Under the pieces are notes generated by a model, which was not told the origin of the DNA, made no database searches, and saw only the letters and a list, made by a program, of their open reading frames with translations. Below are positions 1-10,205 of a DNA stretch of 64,000 nt, one piece after another. Each line of letters begins with the position of its first letter. Within the stretch, counting starts at the first letter, position 1. The translations under genes and the position numbers were made by a program. The stretch lies in the IMG/VR virus record IMGVR_UViG_3300028862_000012, positions 124,001 to 188,000 of that record. One strand, given 5' to 3'.

Positions 1-196
1 CTAATATACAAGCAATAATCGTGCCAACTTTACAATAGTATAATTATATTAAAATATGTATATATAATAGAAGAAACTTGACAAAAAGTATAGTATTTCA
101 TGTGCTTTTTATTAGATAAAAATTTATATACTATATTTTGACACACTATGACTAAAAGATGCGTTATTTTGACACATCTATTTTATACTATTTATG

Positions 197-225
197 TTGA
201 CAACAGAGTAAATCAGTGATAAAGT
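197..225 (+). promoter_or_regulatory. sigma70-type promoter TTGACA-17-TAAAGT with TGn extension
   Basis: TTGACA 197-202, TG 217-218, TAAAGT 220-225, directly before ORF 232. Confidence 0.6.
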
Positions 226-231
226 TTAGTA

Positions 232-489
232 ATGACTATTTTAATTACTACTTTTACTATTCGGAAAAAAGTATACGAAGTATATACAGGTGACTATATC
301 CTGTTTAATGGTGCTTGTTATCAATTCTGTACAGGCAATAAACGAGCGTTAGGTTTTGAAGGATATCATAGTTACTATTCTATACCTTTAACAGCAAAAG
401 TATTAAAATCTATTGACTTAAACTTATTACAGAAAGTTGAAATAGGACATAAAGAAGATAGATCATTACTTACTTATTATTATTTTTAG
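232..489 (+). CDS. hypothetical protein
   Basis: 85-aa ORF after promoter, first of a co-oriented gene run. Confidence 0.6.
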   Translation: MTILITTFTIRKKVYEVYTGDYILFNGACYQFCTGNKRALGFEGYHSYYSIPLTAKVLKSIDLNLLQKVEIGHKEDRSLLTYYYF

Positions 490-515
490 GAAATAGCTAT
501 GAATGGAGAAATAAT

Positions 516-1265
516 ATGGTTATTATAATGTATGGACTTCCTGCCAGTGGTAAAACCACTATGGCTATGAAACTATTTGAAGAGTACTTCAATGAAAATG
601 AAAAGAAATATGGGGATGATAAACAAAAAGTTGTCTATCTAAATGTAGATAAGCAGGATAAAAAAACCATTAGTAATACAACTAATTATGGCAGAAATGC
701 TCGTACTATAGACATACTTATTGTAGATGGTTTTTTTAAATCAACTATTAATATAGCTGAAAAAGTATGGGATACAGGTAAGTATTTAAGTTTTGATATT
801 AGAAATATTATCATAATTGAGTTTGATCAGAATATACAGGCTTGCTTATCAAATGATAAAAAGCGCAATAGAGACAATAAAGCCACTAATTCAATTACTG
901 AAGGTATTGAACCTTTTAATATGGAAACTTTTAAAAGTACTTTCTTCAAAGATAGAATGTATTATTTGAAAGATGCACAGATCGAAGTTAAAAAACAAGA
1001 GGTAGTTAACTATGCTGATGTAGATATCTGTACTATATATTCTGACTGGAAGTATGGAAATGCTATAACAGACGATTTTGATGAACTTGATGAATGGCTT
1101 GAGAAAAACTATCCTACTCTTACTTTTTTGCAGTACAAGAAAATTTGCAAATTAATTCATACAGAAGAAGATTTTACTTCTGATTATTATGATGAGCATG
1201 ATACCCGTTCTATTCAGCGCAGTATAAAAATTTCTGATATATTGGAGATATTAAGTGGCTGTTAA
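516..1265 (+). CDS. P-loop kinase, AAA_33/polynucleotide-kinase-like
   Basis: N-terminal IIMYGLPASGKTT Walker A, LIVDG strand, ACLSNDKKRNR lid-like motif. Confidence 0.65.
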   Translation: MVIIMYGLPASGKTTMAMKLFEEYFNENEKKYGDDKQKVVYLNVDKQDKKTISNTTNYGRNARTIDILIVDGFFKSTINIAEKVWDTGKYLSFDIRNIIIIEFDQNIQACLSNDKKRNRDNKATNSITEGIEPFNMETFKSTFFKDRMYYLKDAQIEVKKQEVVNYADVDICTIYSDWKYGNAITDDFDELDEWLEKNYPTLTFLQYKKICKLIHTEEDFTSDYYDEHDTRSIQRSIKISDILEILSGC

Positions 1266-1978
1266 ATCATGTTATAACTATGGCTATATTGATGAAAAAG
1301 ATTGTTATCATGTTTGTGGACATACTGTTAAGGGATACATAACTTACAGTCATGATCTTTTAATAAAGTCTCGACGAGTTCGTGGTATAAAGAATTCTGA
1401 GAGCGTAAATATTTTAGATCATAAATATATTGGTAAATCTTTTATTGATAGTGATAATAAAAAGAAAACAATAAAAGAAGTTTGGAAACACTTTGGATTT
1501 GGTGTTTACTATGTTGCTTTGTATGAAGATGAATTTAATTCACATGGAACCTTTGTATTGGAAAGTGAAGGAAATGCAATAGAAAAGTTATTTGATAATG
1601 GGCGCGGAAAGTATTATGAATTTAGAAGTAAAAGTAGTTTAAGTAACTTTGCTAATGTAGTGACAAGCTGGTATAAAGAAAACTTATATCAGCTTCCAAA
1701 AGATTTCAATGGAAAGATAAAAAGGATATAATATGTGGACAAAAGATAAGCCTATTGAATCTGGATTTTATTGGTTTTATGGTGATGTTTTTTGGGATCA
1801 ATTGCCTCATGATGAAGGTAGAAATCCATTTGAACCTAAGCTGGAATTAGTTCAGTTTAAAGTTATAAGAAATAATGATATATTATACATTTCCCACAAT
1901 ACTTTTTGTTATAATATGAAAGGTGTTTGGTGGGACGAAAAAATACAAGAACCAGAATTGCCAACAGGTATAATATGA
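1255..1978 (+). other. two small hypothetical phage genes (1255-1731, 1733-1978)
   Basis: abutting/overlapping ORFs with AT-rich phage codon usage. Confidence 0.6.
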
Positions 1979-2465
1979 GTTTACAAAACTATAGTAACTG
2001 TATTACATACTTCAAGGCTTTTTTCAAACACTACAAGTTTGGGCTTCTGAAAATGTAGGCAGTGATATTGAAATAAATTATGAAAAGCTTTGGGATTATA
2101 TTGCTTCTGAAAAAGGAATAGTTGAAAAGTTTATTAAAACAAGTAGGAGCAATGATGAGGAAGAGCTATATAAATTAGTTGAACAGGATATTATTGATGG
2201 ATGTCCAGTATGGGAATTTTTGGTAATATCTGATTGGACTCGCCATATGTTAGAAATTGAGTTTAGTCACGCCGTAGAGCAGGCCGAAGAAGATTATAAT
2301 AAATATATGTTACAATTTAAATGCACTACTTGTGAATATTTTATAATTCAGGAAACCACTTATGGAATAATTCACAGATGTCAATATAAAATAGATAAAC
2401 ATATGCGAATACCAAGAGTTTTTGAGTTACAGAAAAAATGTAAATTTTATAAGAAGGTGTTATAA
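1975..2465 (+). pseudogene. frameshifted hypothetical gene
   Basis: ATG 1975 is coupled to the upstream stop; a second frame is open from 1998 to 2465 without a start codon until TTG 2220; one added base near 1996 would join them. Confidence 0.55.
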
Positions 2466-2491
2466 GGAGTTTTAATTGTCCTTGTTGTGCA

Positions 2492-3066
2492 ATGCCTATG
2501 CTTCCTTGTGGAAACTTAGTAAAAGAAAGTTTATTCGGATTAAAATTAGTAGATCAGTGTATTATAAAAACTTGTAATAATTGTGGAATTACATTTACTG
2601 CAATTTTTAAAGTAAAAAAAGCAGAAAGATTTGAATATGAACCACTTGAATATGGAGAAATTTTATATAAAGATATCTGTGTTCCTGATAAAATAATTGA
2701 AAAAATAAATAAAGGATTAAAATAATGGAGTTTGAATCAGATAAATCTCGCTTTGAGTTTATAGTAAATTCAATGACAAATAGTTTTGGAATTCTTCATT
2801 CATTAAAGTTAGATTATAATTCTAAACTGACTGAAGTAATAAAAAAGTTTTTACCAGATGAGCAGTACAAAGAACTACTTACTTATCTTACAGAGGATAC
2901 TGTTTTTAATGTTGCAATTTCAAATGATATTGATACTACTTTTGCTGGTAATGATATTATTTGGATAAAATACGATCCAGAACAAACATTTGGATCTATT
3001 TTAATTCCATTGCCAAACAAGGAATGTTTTGTATTTAAATATAGTTTAAATAAAAATATAGTTTAG
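2492..3066 (+). other. two small hypothetical genes (2492-2725 with CxxC; 2725-3066)
   Basis: ORF track, stop/start overlap. Confidence 0.55.
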
Positions 3067-3069
3067 TAA

Positions 3070-3099
3070 TTGACAAAATAACTTATCAAGGAATATAAT
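3070..3099 (+). promoter_or_regulatory. sigma70-type promoter TTGACA-18-TATAAT
   Basis: consensus -35 (3070-3075) and -10 (3094-3099) upstream of the DnaC-like ATPase operon. Confidence 0.75.
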
Positions 3100-3266
3100 A
3101 CAAGTATGATAAATGAAACAGCCTTAAATATTGCTCGAAGAGTGTATTGGTTAAAGAAAGCAGAATTGGCAGGTATTAGAAATAATACTACAGTAGGTCA
3201 AGTAGCAGTTACTAATATTGGTATTAGTCTAACAAATAGTCTTGAAGAAAAAATTAAGGAGATACT

Positions 3267-3668
3267 ATGAATTACGATACTTTTGGAGATAGTAAAACTT
3301 ATAAAACATTACCTTATATTATTGATGCTATGAACGCAATGAGTTCAAAAAAGAATAAGGATAGACTTGCCTCTTTTCTTTATAAAGTAAATGAATGTGC
3401 AAATCAGATTGAGCATGTTCGTTTTATGGCAGAGTTTCTTAATAAGATAGATAAAACATATAAAGTAAATATGGATTATTTTTATCAGATTTCTATTGAT
3501 GATTATAAAAAGAAAATTGAAAAGTTTTTTAATAGTAAAGCTTATGAAAGTGAAGACAAAGAAATTTATATAGTTCCTTCACCTTATGCTGTTAAGCTTA
3601 GAACACATATTGAAAACTATATTGTAACTCGTTTTAAGATTGCGGTAGGACTTGGTAACAATGCATAA
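3267..3668 (+). CDS. hypothetical protein (possibly replication-associated)
   Basis: 133-aa ORF with RBS AAGGAG, two genes upstream of DnaC-like ATPase. Confidence 0.6.
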   Translation: MNYDTFGDSKTYKTLPYIIDAMNAMSSKKNKDRLASFLYKVNECANQIEHVRFMAEFLNKIDKTYKVNMDYFYQISIDDYKKKIEKFFNSKAYESEDKEIYIVPSPYAVKLRTHIENYIVTRFKIAVGLGNNA

Positions 3669-3938
3669 AAATATTCTAGTTGCAAAGCATAATCGTATTG
3701 AAATTGTTTTTATTGAAATGCAGAAGAAAGACAAGAAGCATGATAATCAGATGATTGCTGAGTATGAAGTTTATACTAATAAATGTAGTTTTGTTGGTGT
3801 AGTCTGGTATCCTGAAACAATGTTATTTAAAGATAGCTTTGATATATTGTATGAACAGCTAAATAATCATGTAAGTGATAAAATTTTTGATACTGATTTA
3901 AAATCTAAACTTGCTGTAAAGTATCATGAGGATGTAAT

Positions 3939-4667
3939 ATGAACTGTTTGTATGACAGTAAAGCAGTATGTAGATATAAGCAAGCCTGTCATAATGGATA
4001 CTTAGAAAAAAGTATTGATGAGAATATTGGATTACAGAAATGCATTATGTTTCAGGAGTATCAGAAGCAAATTGAATTAAAGTTCAATGTAGAGAAATCA
4101 GGATTACCAGTCTCTATACTTAATAAATCTTTTTCTGATTATAAAGGAAAAGATGAAAACAAGAATATAGAGTTCTTAAAAGAATACATTAAACTATTTC
4201 CTGATTCTAAAAACTTGTTTTTCTTTGGATCAAACGGGACACAAAAAAGTACAGTAGGAAGAATTATTGGGAAAGAAATACTATCTAAGGGTTTTTCAGT
4301 AAGCTATGTATTGGCTGATACACTGGTTAAAAAGTTAGGAAAAGCAGACAGAGATACAGATATTCAGAATGAAGTAACAGATATATTAAATAAAGATTTA
4401 CTTATCATAGATGAGTTTGAACGAAGCAAAATGGTTTACTTTGAAAGCGGATGGCAGTTGCGTTACATATTTCCATTCATGAAAGAGCGAATTGAAATAG
4501 TAAATAAACCAATAATTTTGATTAGTAATAGCATGATAAAAAATATAGAAAAAGATTTTGATTATAGTTTGTTTGATCTAGTTCAGCGAGAGTTTAAAGA
4601 TGTATGTATCTTTAATGATGTATATGTAAATGAAGAAACAAAATCGGATTTTAATAAACTAAGATAG
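3939..4667 (+). CDS. DnaC/IstB-like AAA+ ATPase (helicase loader)
   Basis: N-terminal Cys cluster, SFSDY motif, Walker A GSNGTQKS, Walker B LLIIDEF, PIILISN sensor. Confidence 0.8.
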   Translation: MNCLYDSKAVCRYKQACHNGYLEKSIDENIGLQKCIMFQEYQKQIELKFNVEKSGLPVSILNKSFSDYKGKDENKNIEFLKEYIKLFPDSKNLFFFGSNGTQKSTVGRIIGKEILSKGFSVSYVLADTLVKKLGKADRDTDIQNEVTDILNKDLLIIDEFERSKMVYFESGWQLRYIFPFMKERIEIVNKPIILISNSMIKNIEKDFDYSLFDLVQREFKDVCIFNDVYVNEETKSDFNKLR

Positions 4668-4674
4668 GAATATT

Positions 4675-5019
4675 ATGAGTAATAAGTCTTGTTATGAAAA
4701 AGTTTACACTAAACAGAAACCAAAAACTAGACAAGATTTACTTATTCATTTTAAGAAAAGACTTCTTGAACGATATGCTATAGAAATTTCAAATAGTGAA
4801 GTAAATGCATTAGTTGATTATATAGAAAATCATAATTTTATTTATTATAAGTTTATTGAAAATCAGTCAAATAATAGAGTGTTATTTGAAGTTCATGTAA
4901 TATCAGAAAAATATGATGCTTGGATTCCTGTTATCTATAATAGAAAATTAAATATGCTTGTTACTGTTTTGCCTAAAGGATATAACAAAGATCCTAATCA
5001 CAGATGGTTTAAGGAGTAA
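4675..5019 (+). CDS. hypothetical protein, possible BECR/RelE-like fold
   Basis: HFKKRLLERY N-terminal helix and VIY...LVTVLP C-terminal strands. Confidence 0.35.
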   Translation: MSNKSCYEKVYTKQKPKTRQDLLIHFKKRLLERYAIEISNSEVNALVDYIENHNFIYYKFIENQSNNRVLFEVHVISEKYDAWIPVIYNRKLNMLVTVLPKGYNKDPNHRWFKE

Positions 5020-5021
5020 AT

Positions 5022-5600
5022 ATGAAAAAAGTATTTGGTGCAGGAACTTATTTTATTGGTGATATTAGCTATATTTTGTCTAGAGCTGATTATGATAAAT
5101 GGATTGAATCAAATTTTGAAACAGTCTTTAGTATAAGAGGCTTTGAATTAGTAGTAGATGGCACTGCTTATGGAGATGGAAATTATAAAGCAAGTACTGA
5201 TGAAAAATTTCCTGTAGATGCAGGTATTATTGGAATAGTGCCTAAAGAACTTTGGAGTCCTGACTTTAATATAAATGATAATAGCTATGAAGATAGTGAA
5301 CCTTGTGGAAAAATAATTGAAGTAATTAATGAACTTATTTTTGAATCAAATTATGAAAATATTAACGGATTCTTTAGAATAAGTTATGATACTACTTCTT
5401 TCTGTATTGACACTTCTTATGATGAAGACGATGAAATGGATGAATTTGAAGATGAAGACGAGGAAGAAGAAATTGATGATTTTGATGAAATTATTAATGA
5501 TGATGAACTAGAAGAGGATGATCTTGAGTTTGAAGATAGTGATATAAACTGCAATGGTGATTGTACAAAATGTGATAATGTAGATATTTGTAGAGAATAA
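5022..5600 (+). CDS. phage protein with long Asp/Glu-rich tail and terminal Cys motif
   Basis: GTYFIGD...GTAYGDG...FPVDAGIIG core, ~45-aa acidic run, CNGDCTKCDNVDIC end. Confidence 0.6.
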   Translation: MKKVFGAGTYFIGDISYILSRADYDKWIESNFETVFSIRGFELVVDGTAYGDGNYKASTDEKFPVDAGIIGIVPKELWSPDFNINDNSYEDSEPCGKIIEVINELIFESNYENINGFFRISYDTTSFCIDTSYDEDDEMDEFEDEDEEEEIDDFDEIINDDELEEDDLEFEDSDINCNGDCTKCDNVDICRE

Positions 5601-5911
5601 ATGGTAAGATTAAAAGCTGATAATAAAGAAGAAATTGAAATAGAATTTGATCTACGTGCTTATACTGTTAAAGTAAATGATTTTATAACAGTATATAGTT
5701 GGTATAGATCTATTTATCCTTATGAATCAAACTATGATTTCAAACCTTATGATGTACAAGATAAACTTTTGCCAGAGGAAGTTAATAGAAAAACAGTTCT
5801 TGACAATGGAACATTAATTGAATACAATTTAGGAAGATACAAAGTTAGTAGAATAACTGGTAATAAGTTATATGCAATATTGCCTAAAGATTATATGCAG
5901 TAAAGGATTAT

Positions 5912-6280
5912 ATGAATATAGGTATTGTAGGAAGTAGAAGAATAACAGATTATTCTATTGTAGAAAACTTTATTGAAAAAACTTTATATGTTGATAGAAA
6001 CGATATTATAGTAAGTGGTGGAGCAATAGGAATAGATACTTTAGCTGAAAGGTTTGCAAAAGAAAGAACAGATACAGAACCGTTAATCTTTAAACCTGAT
6101 TGGGATACTGGTGATAGTGCACCGTTTGATAGAAATAGCTTAATTGTAGAACATAGTGATATAATAATTGCTTTTGTGGATAAATACAGTAAGGGTACAT
6201 GGGATACTATAGAAAAAGCACATAGAAAAAAGATAACCGTATATGTTTGTATGATAAATGAAGGAATAGCAGGAATATGA
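5912..6280 (+). CDS. SLOG-superfamily (YspA/DUF2493-like) nucleotide-binding protein
   Basis: IGIVGSR, IVSGGAIGID, RNSLIV, SKGTWDTI motifs. Confidence 0.8.
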   Translation: MNIGIVGSRRITDYSIVENFIEKTLYVDRNDIIVSGGAIGIDTLAERFAKERTDTEPLIFKPDWDTGDSAPFDRNSLIVEHSDIIIAFVDKYSKGTWDTIEKAHRKKITVYVCMINEGIAGI

Positions 6281-6549
6281 AAAATAGTTTTTTTAAAGAT
6301 CACACACTGCATCCAATAAAGGTTTATAAAGAAACAGGATTGGCAGTAGTGTATAACTTTGTTGAAATAATTAAATACTTATTTTATTGTATTACTAATT
6401 TAATAATTTTTATTGCATACCCTGTAGTTTATCCAGTACTTTTATTAGTTGCTTATTTGTGGTATCCTTTTATAATTAGAAAGAAAGACAAAAGAATAAA
6501 GGAATCAATGAATAGAATGTTTCCTAATAAGGATAAAAAGGAATAAATT

Positions 6550-8454
6550 ATGGAAGAATATGTACAAGAGTTAATTGAAAACATAGTTACTCGTCATAAT
6601 GAAGTACTTGATTTTTTGATGAATTGTAAAGACAGCTATTACAATGATGAGCCTGTTATTTCAGATAGCTTGTTTGATGAATTGGAAAATGCGTTTAAAA
6701 GAGTATTTCCTAAAGATGAATATTTTACTATTGTAGGAATATCTGCAAAAGGTGAAAAGGTAGAACATAAAATTCCTATGCTTAGTTGTGATAAAGGAAA
6801 GACAGTAGAAGATGTTATTAAGTGGAGGAACAAAATAGGCTATAATGACACTTTAATTTGTATGGGAAAAGGTGATGGATTATCAGGAGATATTGAGTAC
6901 GAGAATGGTGAAATTGTTTGTATTAGTACTCGTGGTAATGGTAAATTTGGCGAAAACAAAACTTGGTTGAAAGACTATTTGAATATTCCTAAGTCAATTA
7001 AGTATACTGCTACAGATGGATTTACTGGAGAAGTACGTGGAGAAATTCATTTAAAGAAATCTACAAAGATGGAAACAAATAATCGCCCCTTACGAAACGT
7101 TGCTGGTGGATTGGTTAATCGCAAAGATGATAAAACAGATTGTGAACATTTGCGATTTGTAGCTTATCAGCTATATAAAGATGATCCTAATGATTATTTT
7201 AGTAATGACTTAGCTGAACTGCAAGATATGGGTTTTGAGGTAATTTGGAATACAGAAATGTGTGCAGATAAAGATATAACTAATATCAGAGAAACATATT
7301 TGTCTACATTACGAAATCAGTTTGATTATGAAACAGATGGATTAGTATTTCAAGTTAATGATAAAACTTTGTATAACGCTATTGATAGTAAGTATGAAAT
7401 TTCTCACCACCATTATTATAATTTTGCATTGAAACCGCCAAGTGAGAGTAAAGAAACTCCTTGTACTGGTAAAACATGGGGTGTTGTGCGTTCAGGTGAT
7501 ATAGTTCCTGTTGGTTTATTTAAGCCCGTAATATTAGGAGGGCGACAGGTTAAGCAAGCATTATTGGATAACTATAGCAACGTGGTAAATCTACATATAT
7601 GTAAAGATGATATTATACTTGTGTCCTTGCGGAATGATGTAATTCCTCATGTAGAAGAAGTAGTTACTCACATTGGAACAGACTTAGATATCCCTACTTA
7701 TTGTCCTAGTTGTAGCTCTGCGTTAAGTATTATTACAAAAAGTAAAAATACAAAATCAAAGAAGCCTGTTGTTCAATACTTGCATTGTAACAATATAAGT
7801 TGCCCTGATAAAAATATTAAACAGATTACTCATTGGTGTACTGTTTTTGAATTTGATGGAGTAAGTGAATCAACCATCAGAACATTATATAATGCTAAGT
7901 TGATTTATGAAATCAAAGACTTGTATACCTTAAAAGATGCCTATGATACCCTTATAAGTATTGATGGATTTGGAAAAAAGAAAATAGATAATTTGTTAAA
8001 TCAGATTGAAAGTACAAAGTCTATCAGTATTGAAAAGTTTGTAAAAGCACTAGGTATTGAATCAGTTGGTGAACACGTTGTTAAAAACTTAGGTATAAAA
8101 TCGCTTAATGATTTTTGGAACTTTAATAACTTTGAGTATGTTACCGGTCAAAACTTAATTGCTTATCGAGATAGTAATAAAGAAGTAATAGAACATTTAC
8201 TTAAATTTGTTAGTATAAAGGAGTTAGCTATGACTACAGAAGTTAAAGGCATAGTAGCAATGACTGGCAAGGGTGCAAAAACCCGCAGTGAACTTATTGA
8301 AGATATTAAAAAAATGGGATATACTTTCAGTGACGGAGTTACTAAAGAAACAACTATTCTTGTATGTGAAAATGTGGATGGAAATTCATCGAAATTAATG
8401 TCAGCGAGAAAGAAAGGAATTACTTTAATGAGCTATGAGGAGTTTTTTAAATGA
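6550..8454 (+). CDS. ligA: NAD-dependent DNA ligase
   Basis: YY..EPVISD..FD, PMLS, KGDGLS (motif I), STRGNG, EVRGE, RNVAGG, ETDGLV, Zn finger CPSC, C-terminal BRCT. Confidence 0.95.
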   Translation: MEEYVQELIENIVTRHNEVLDFLMNCKDSYYNDEPVISDSLFDELENAFKRVFPKDEYFTIVGISAKGEKVEHKIPMLSCDKGKTVEDVIKWRNKIGYNDTLICMGKGDGLSGDIEYENGEIVCISTRGNGKFGENKTWLKDYLNIPKSIKYTATDGFTGEVRGEIHLKKSTKMETNNRPLRNVAGGLVNRKDDKTDCEHLRFVAYQLYKDDPNDYFSNDLAELQDMGFEVIWNTEMCADKDITNIRETYLSTLRNQFDYETDGLVFQVNDKTLYNAIDSKYEISHHHYYNFALKPPSESKETPCTGKTWGVVRSGDIVPVGLFKPVILGGRQVKQALLDNYSNVVNLHICKDDIILVSLRNDVIPHVEEVVTHIGTDLDIPTYCPSCSSALSIITKSKNTKSKKPVVQYLHCNNISCPDKNIKQITHWCTVFEFDGVSESTIRTLYNAKLIYEIKDLYTLKDAYDTLISIDGFGKKKIDNLLNQIESTKSISIEKFVKALGIESVGEHVVKNLGIKSLNDFWNFNNFEYVTGQNLIAYRDSNKEVIEHLLKFVSIKELAMTTEVKGIVAMTGKGAKTRSELIEDIKKMGYTFSDGVTKETTILVCENVDGNSSKLMSARKKGITLMSYEEFFK

Positions 8455-8794
8455 CAAATAGATTTACTGATGAAGGCTTTAAAGATTATATTATTAAACT
8501 AGCGCATGAAAATGCATATCAAAGAGACAAATATTATCTGTTAAAAGAGAAAATATTTAATGCCGCTTCTGCTGGAGCTATTACTTTATGTTTAAGCTTG
8601 TCAGAAGATGAGTATAAATATCTAAAAGATTTGGAGTTTTCAATGGATCATCAAGGTAGTGATAAATATTCTGTTTTATTTTATTAAGGAATTATAATGA
8701 GCCTTTGGAAAGTACTTAATTTTATAGTCAATAATTATAAATCATAGCTATTTGTCTATAAAATATTTTTAATTAAAGGAGTTATTATTATAAT

Positions 8795-9320
8795 ATGGCA
8801 ACATATAAAACAGAAATAATATTAAATAAAGAACAACAATTACTATATTATAAATCTATAGGAACTTGTAGATTCGTTGCTAACTTATATAAAGATAAAA
8901 TTGAACAAGAATATAAAGATACTAAGAAGTTTGTAACTGCTTATACTTTTTCTAAATATTTAAATAACATATATTTAGATATACATCCAGAAATGATTTG
9001 GATAAAAAATGTTTCAAGTAAAGCAATAAAGCAAGTCATTATTAATATGGAAACAGCTTATAAAAGATTTTTTAATAAAAAAGGTAAATATCCTAAGTTT
9101 AAAAATCGACATACTAATAATTGTAATTATTAGTATGTTAGATCAGATAAAAATTGCGAAATAAAATGTTATCGTAATAAAATTAAAGTTCCTTGTTTTG
9201 GATATGTTTATTTTAAAGAATATGGTTATGTACCAAACAGTAAATATGATAGAATTACCAGTGGTAGTATTAGTGTTAAAGCAAATAGATTTTTTATATC
9301 TGTAAATACAGAAAAAGCAA
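8795..9320 (+). pseudogene. tnpB: truncated IS200/IS605 TnpB remnant
   Basis: GTCRFVAN, WIKNVSSKAIKQ, AYKRFF..KGKYPKFK; after in-frame TAG 9131-9133 continues KIKVPCFGYVYFKEYGYVP..SGSISVKANRFFISV; no RuvC motifs follow. Confidence 0.8.
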
Positions 9321-9693
9321 AAAAGTTTATACAGATAATGGATATGACATATGTGAATATTCATTGTATTGTATATGTGGTGAGTATTTAGGTCATTTTA
9401 TGTATGGACATTGGGAGTATTAAAATGCAAGATAAGTATATGGTTTTAGCGTTTTTGGGACTTATTGCTATATGTATAATCTGTGAAACTCTATCAAATA
9501 TTTTTGGGCATAAAAAATAAAGGATAGTGAAGAATTACTTAAATAAAAGGATAATTATATGACTAATTTTATTTTAGGATTTATATGTGGAAGCGTTGTA
9601 ATTATTATAGCTTTTGTTATTTATAAAATAAAAGAAGCAAAAGCAAAAGCAAAATCTAAAATAGATAATGACTGTCCGTGGTAAGGAGTAATT

Positions 9694-10205
9694 ATGTTTA
9701 GACCTCAGAGATATATGCAATTTCCAATAATTAGAAAAAGTATTGCTGAAGAGACTTGTGATACTTCAATAGATATAAGTATTTTAACTAAAGCAGAACA
9801 TTATGATAATATAATATTCATGAAAGATAAGAACGATATTGATTATGTAGCAAGATATGGTTCTTCTGATCTTGATTTACTATTGGTTGAACTTATCTAT
9901 ATGAAGATTATTAGACTCATGAATAAATGGGATAAAATAAATAGGAAGTAGCTATGAAATTTAGAATTATGAAATATGATAATAAGTATTGTGTTGAATA
10001 TAAAGAGCTTTTATTTTGGCATAATGTTATGTGGTTTCGTTGTGGCTGGACTATGTTTTCTGAAAGTTTATACTGTGAAGAAGATTGGGTAGATGGAATA
10101 TATTCAGAGCAAGTTGCTAAACAGTGTTTAGAAAATTTTAAGAAATATCTAAATAAATATTATTATAAGCATATTACTAAAGTTGAAACAGTATATGAAG
10201 AGTAA
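9694..10205 (+). other. two small hypothetical genes (9694-9951, 9954-10205)
   Basis: ORF track, RBS present. Confidence 0.55.
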
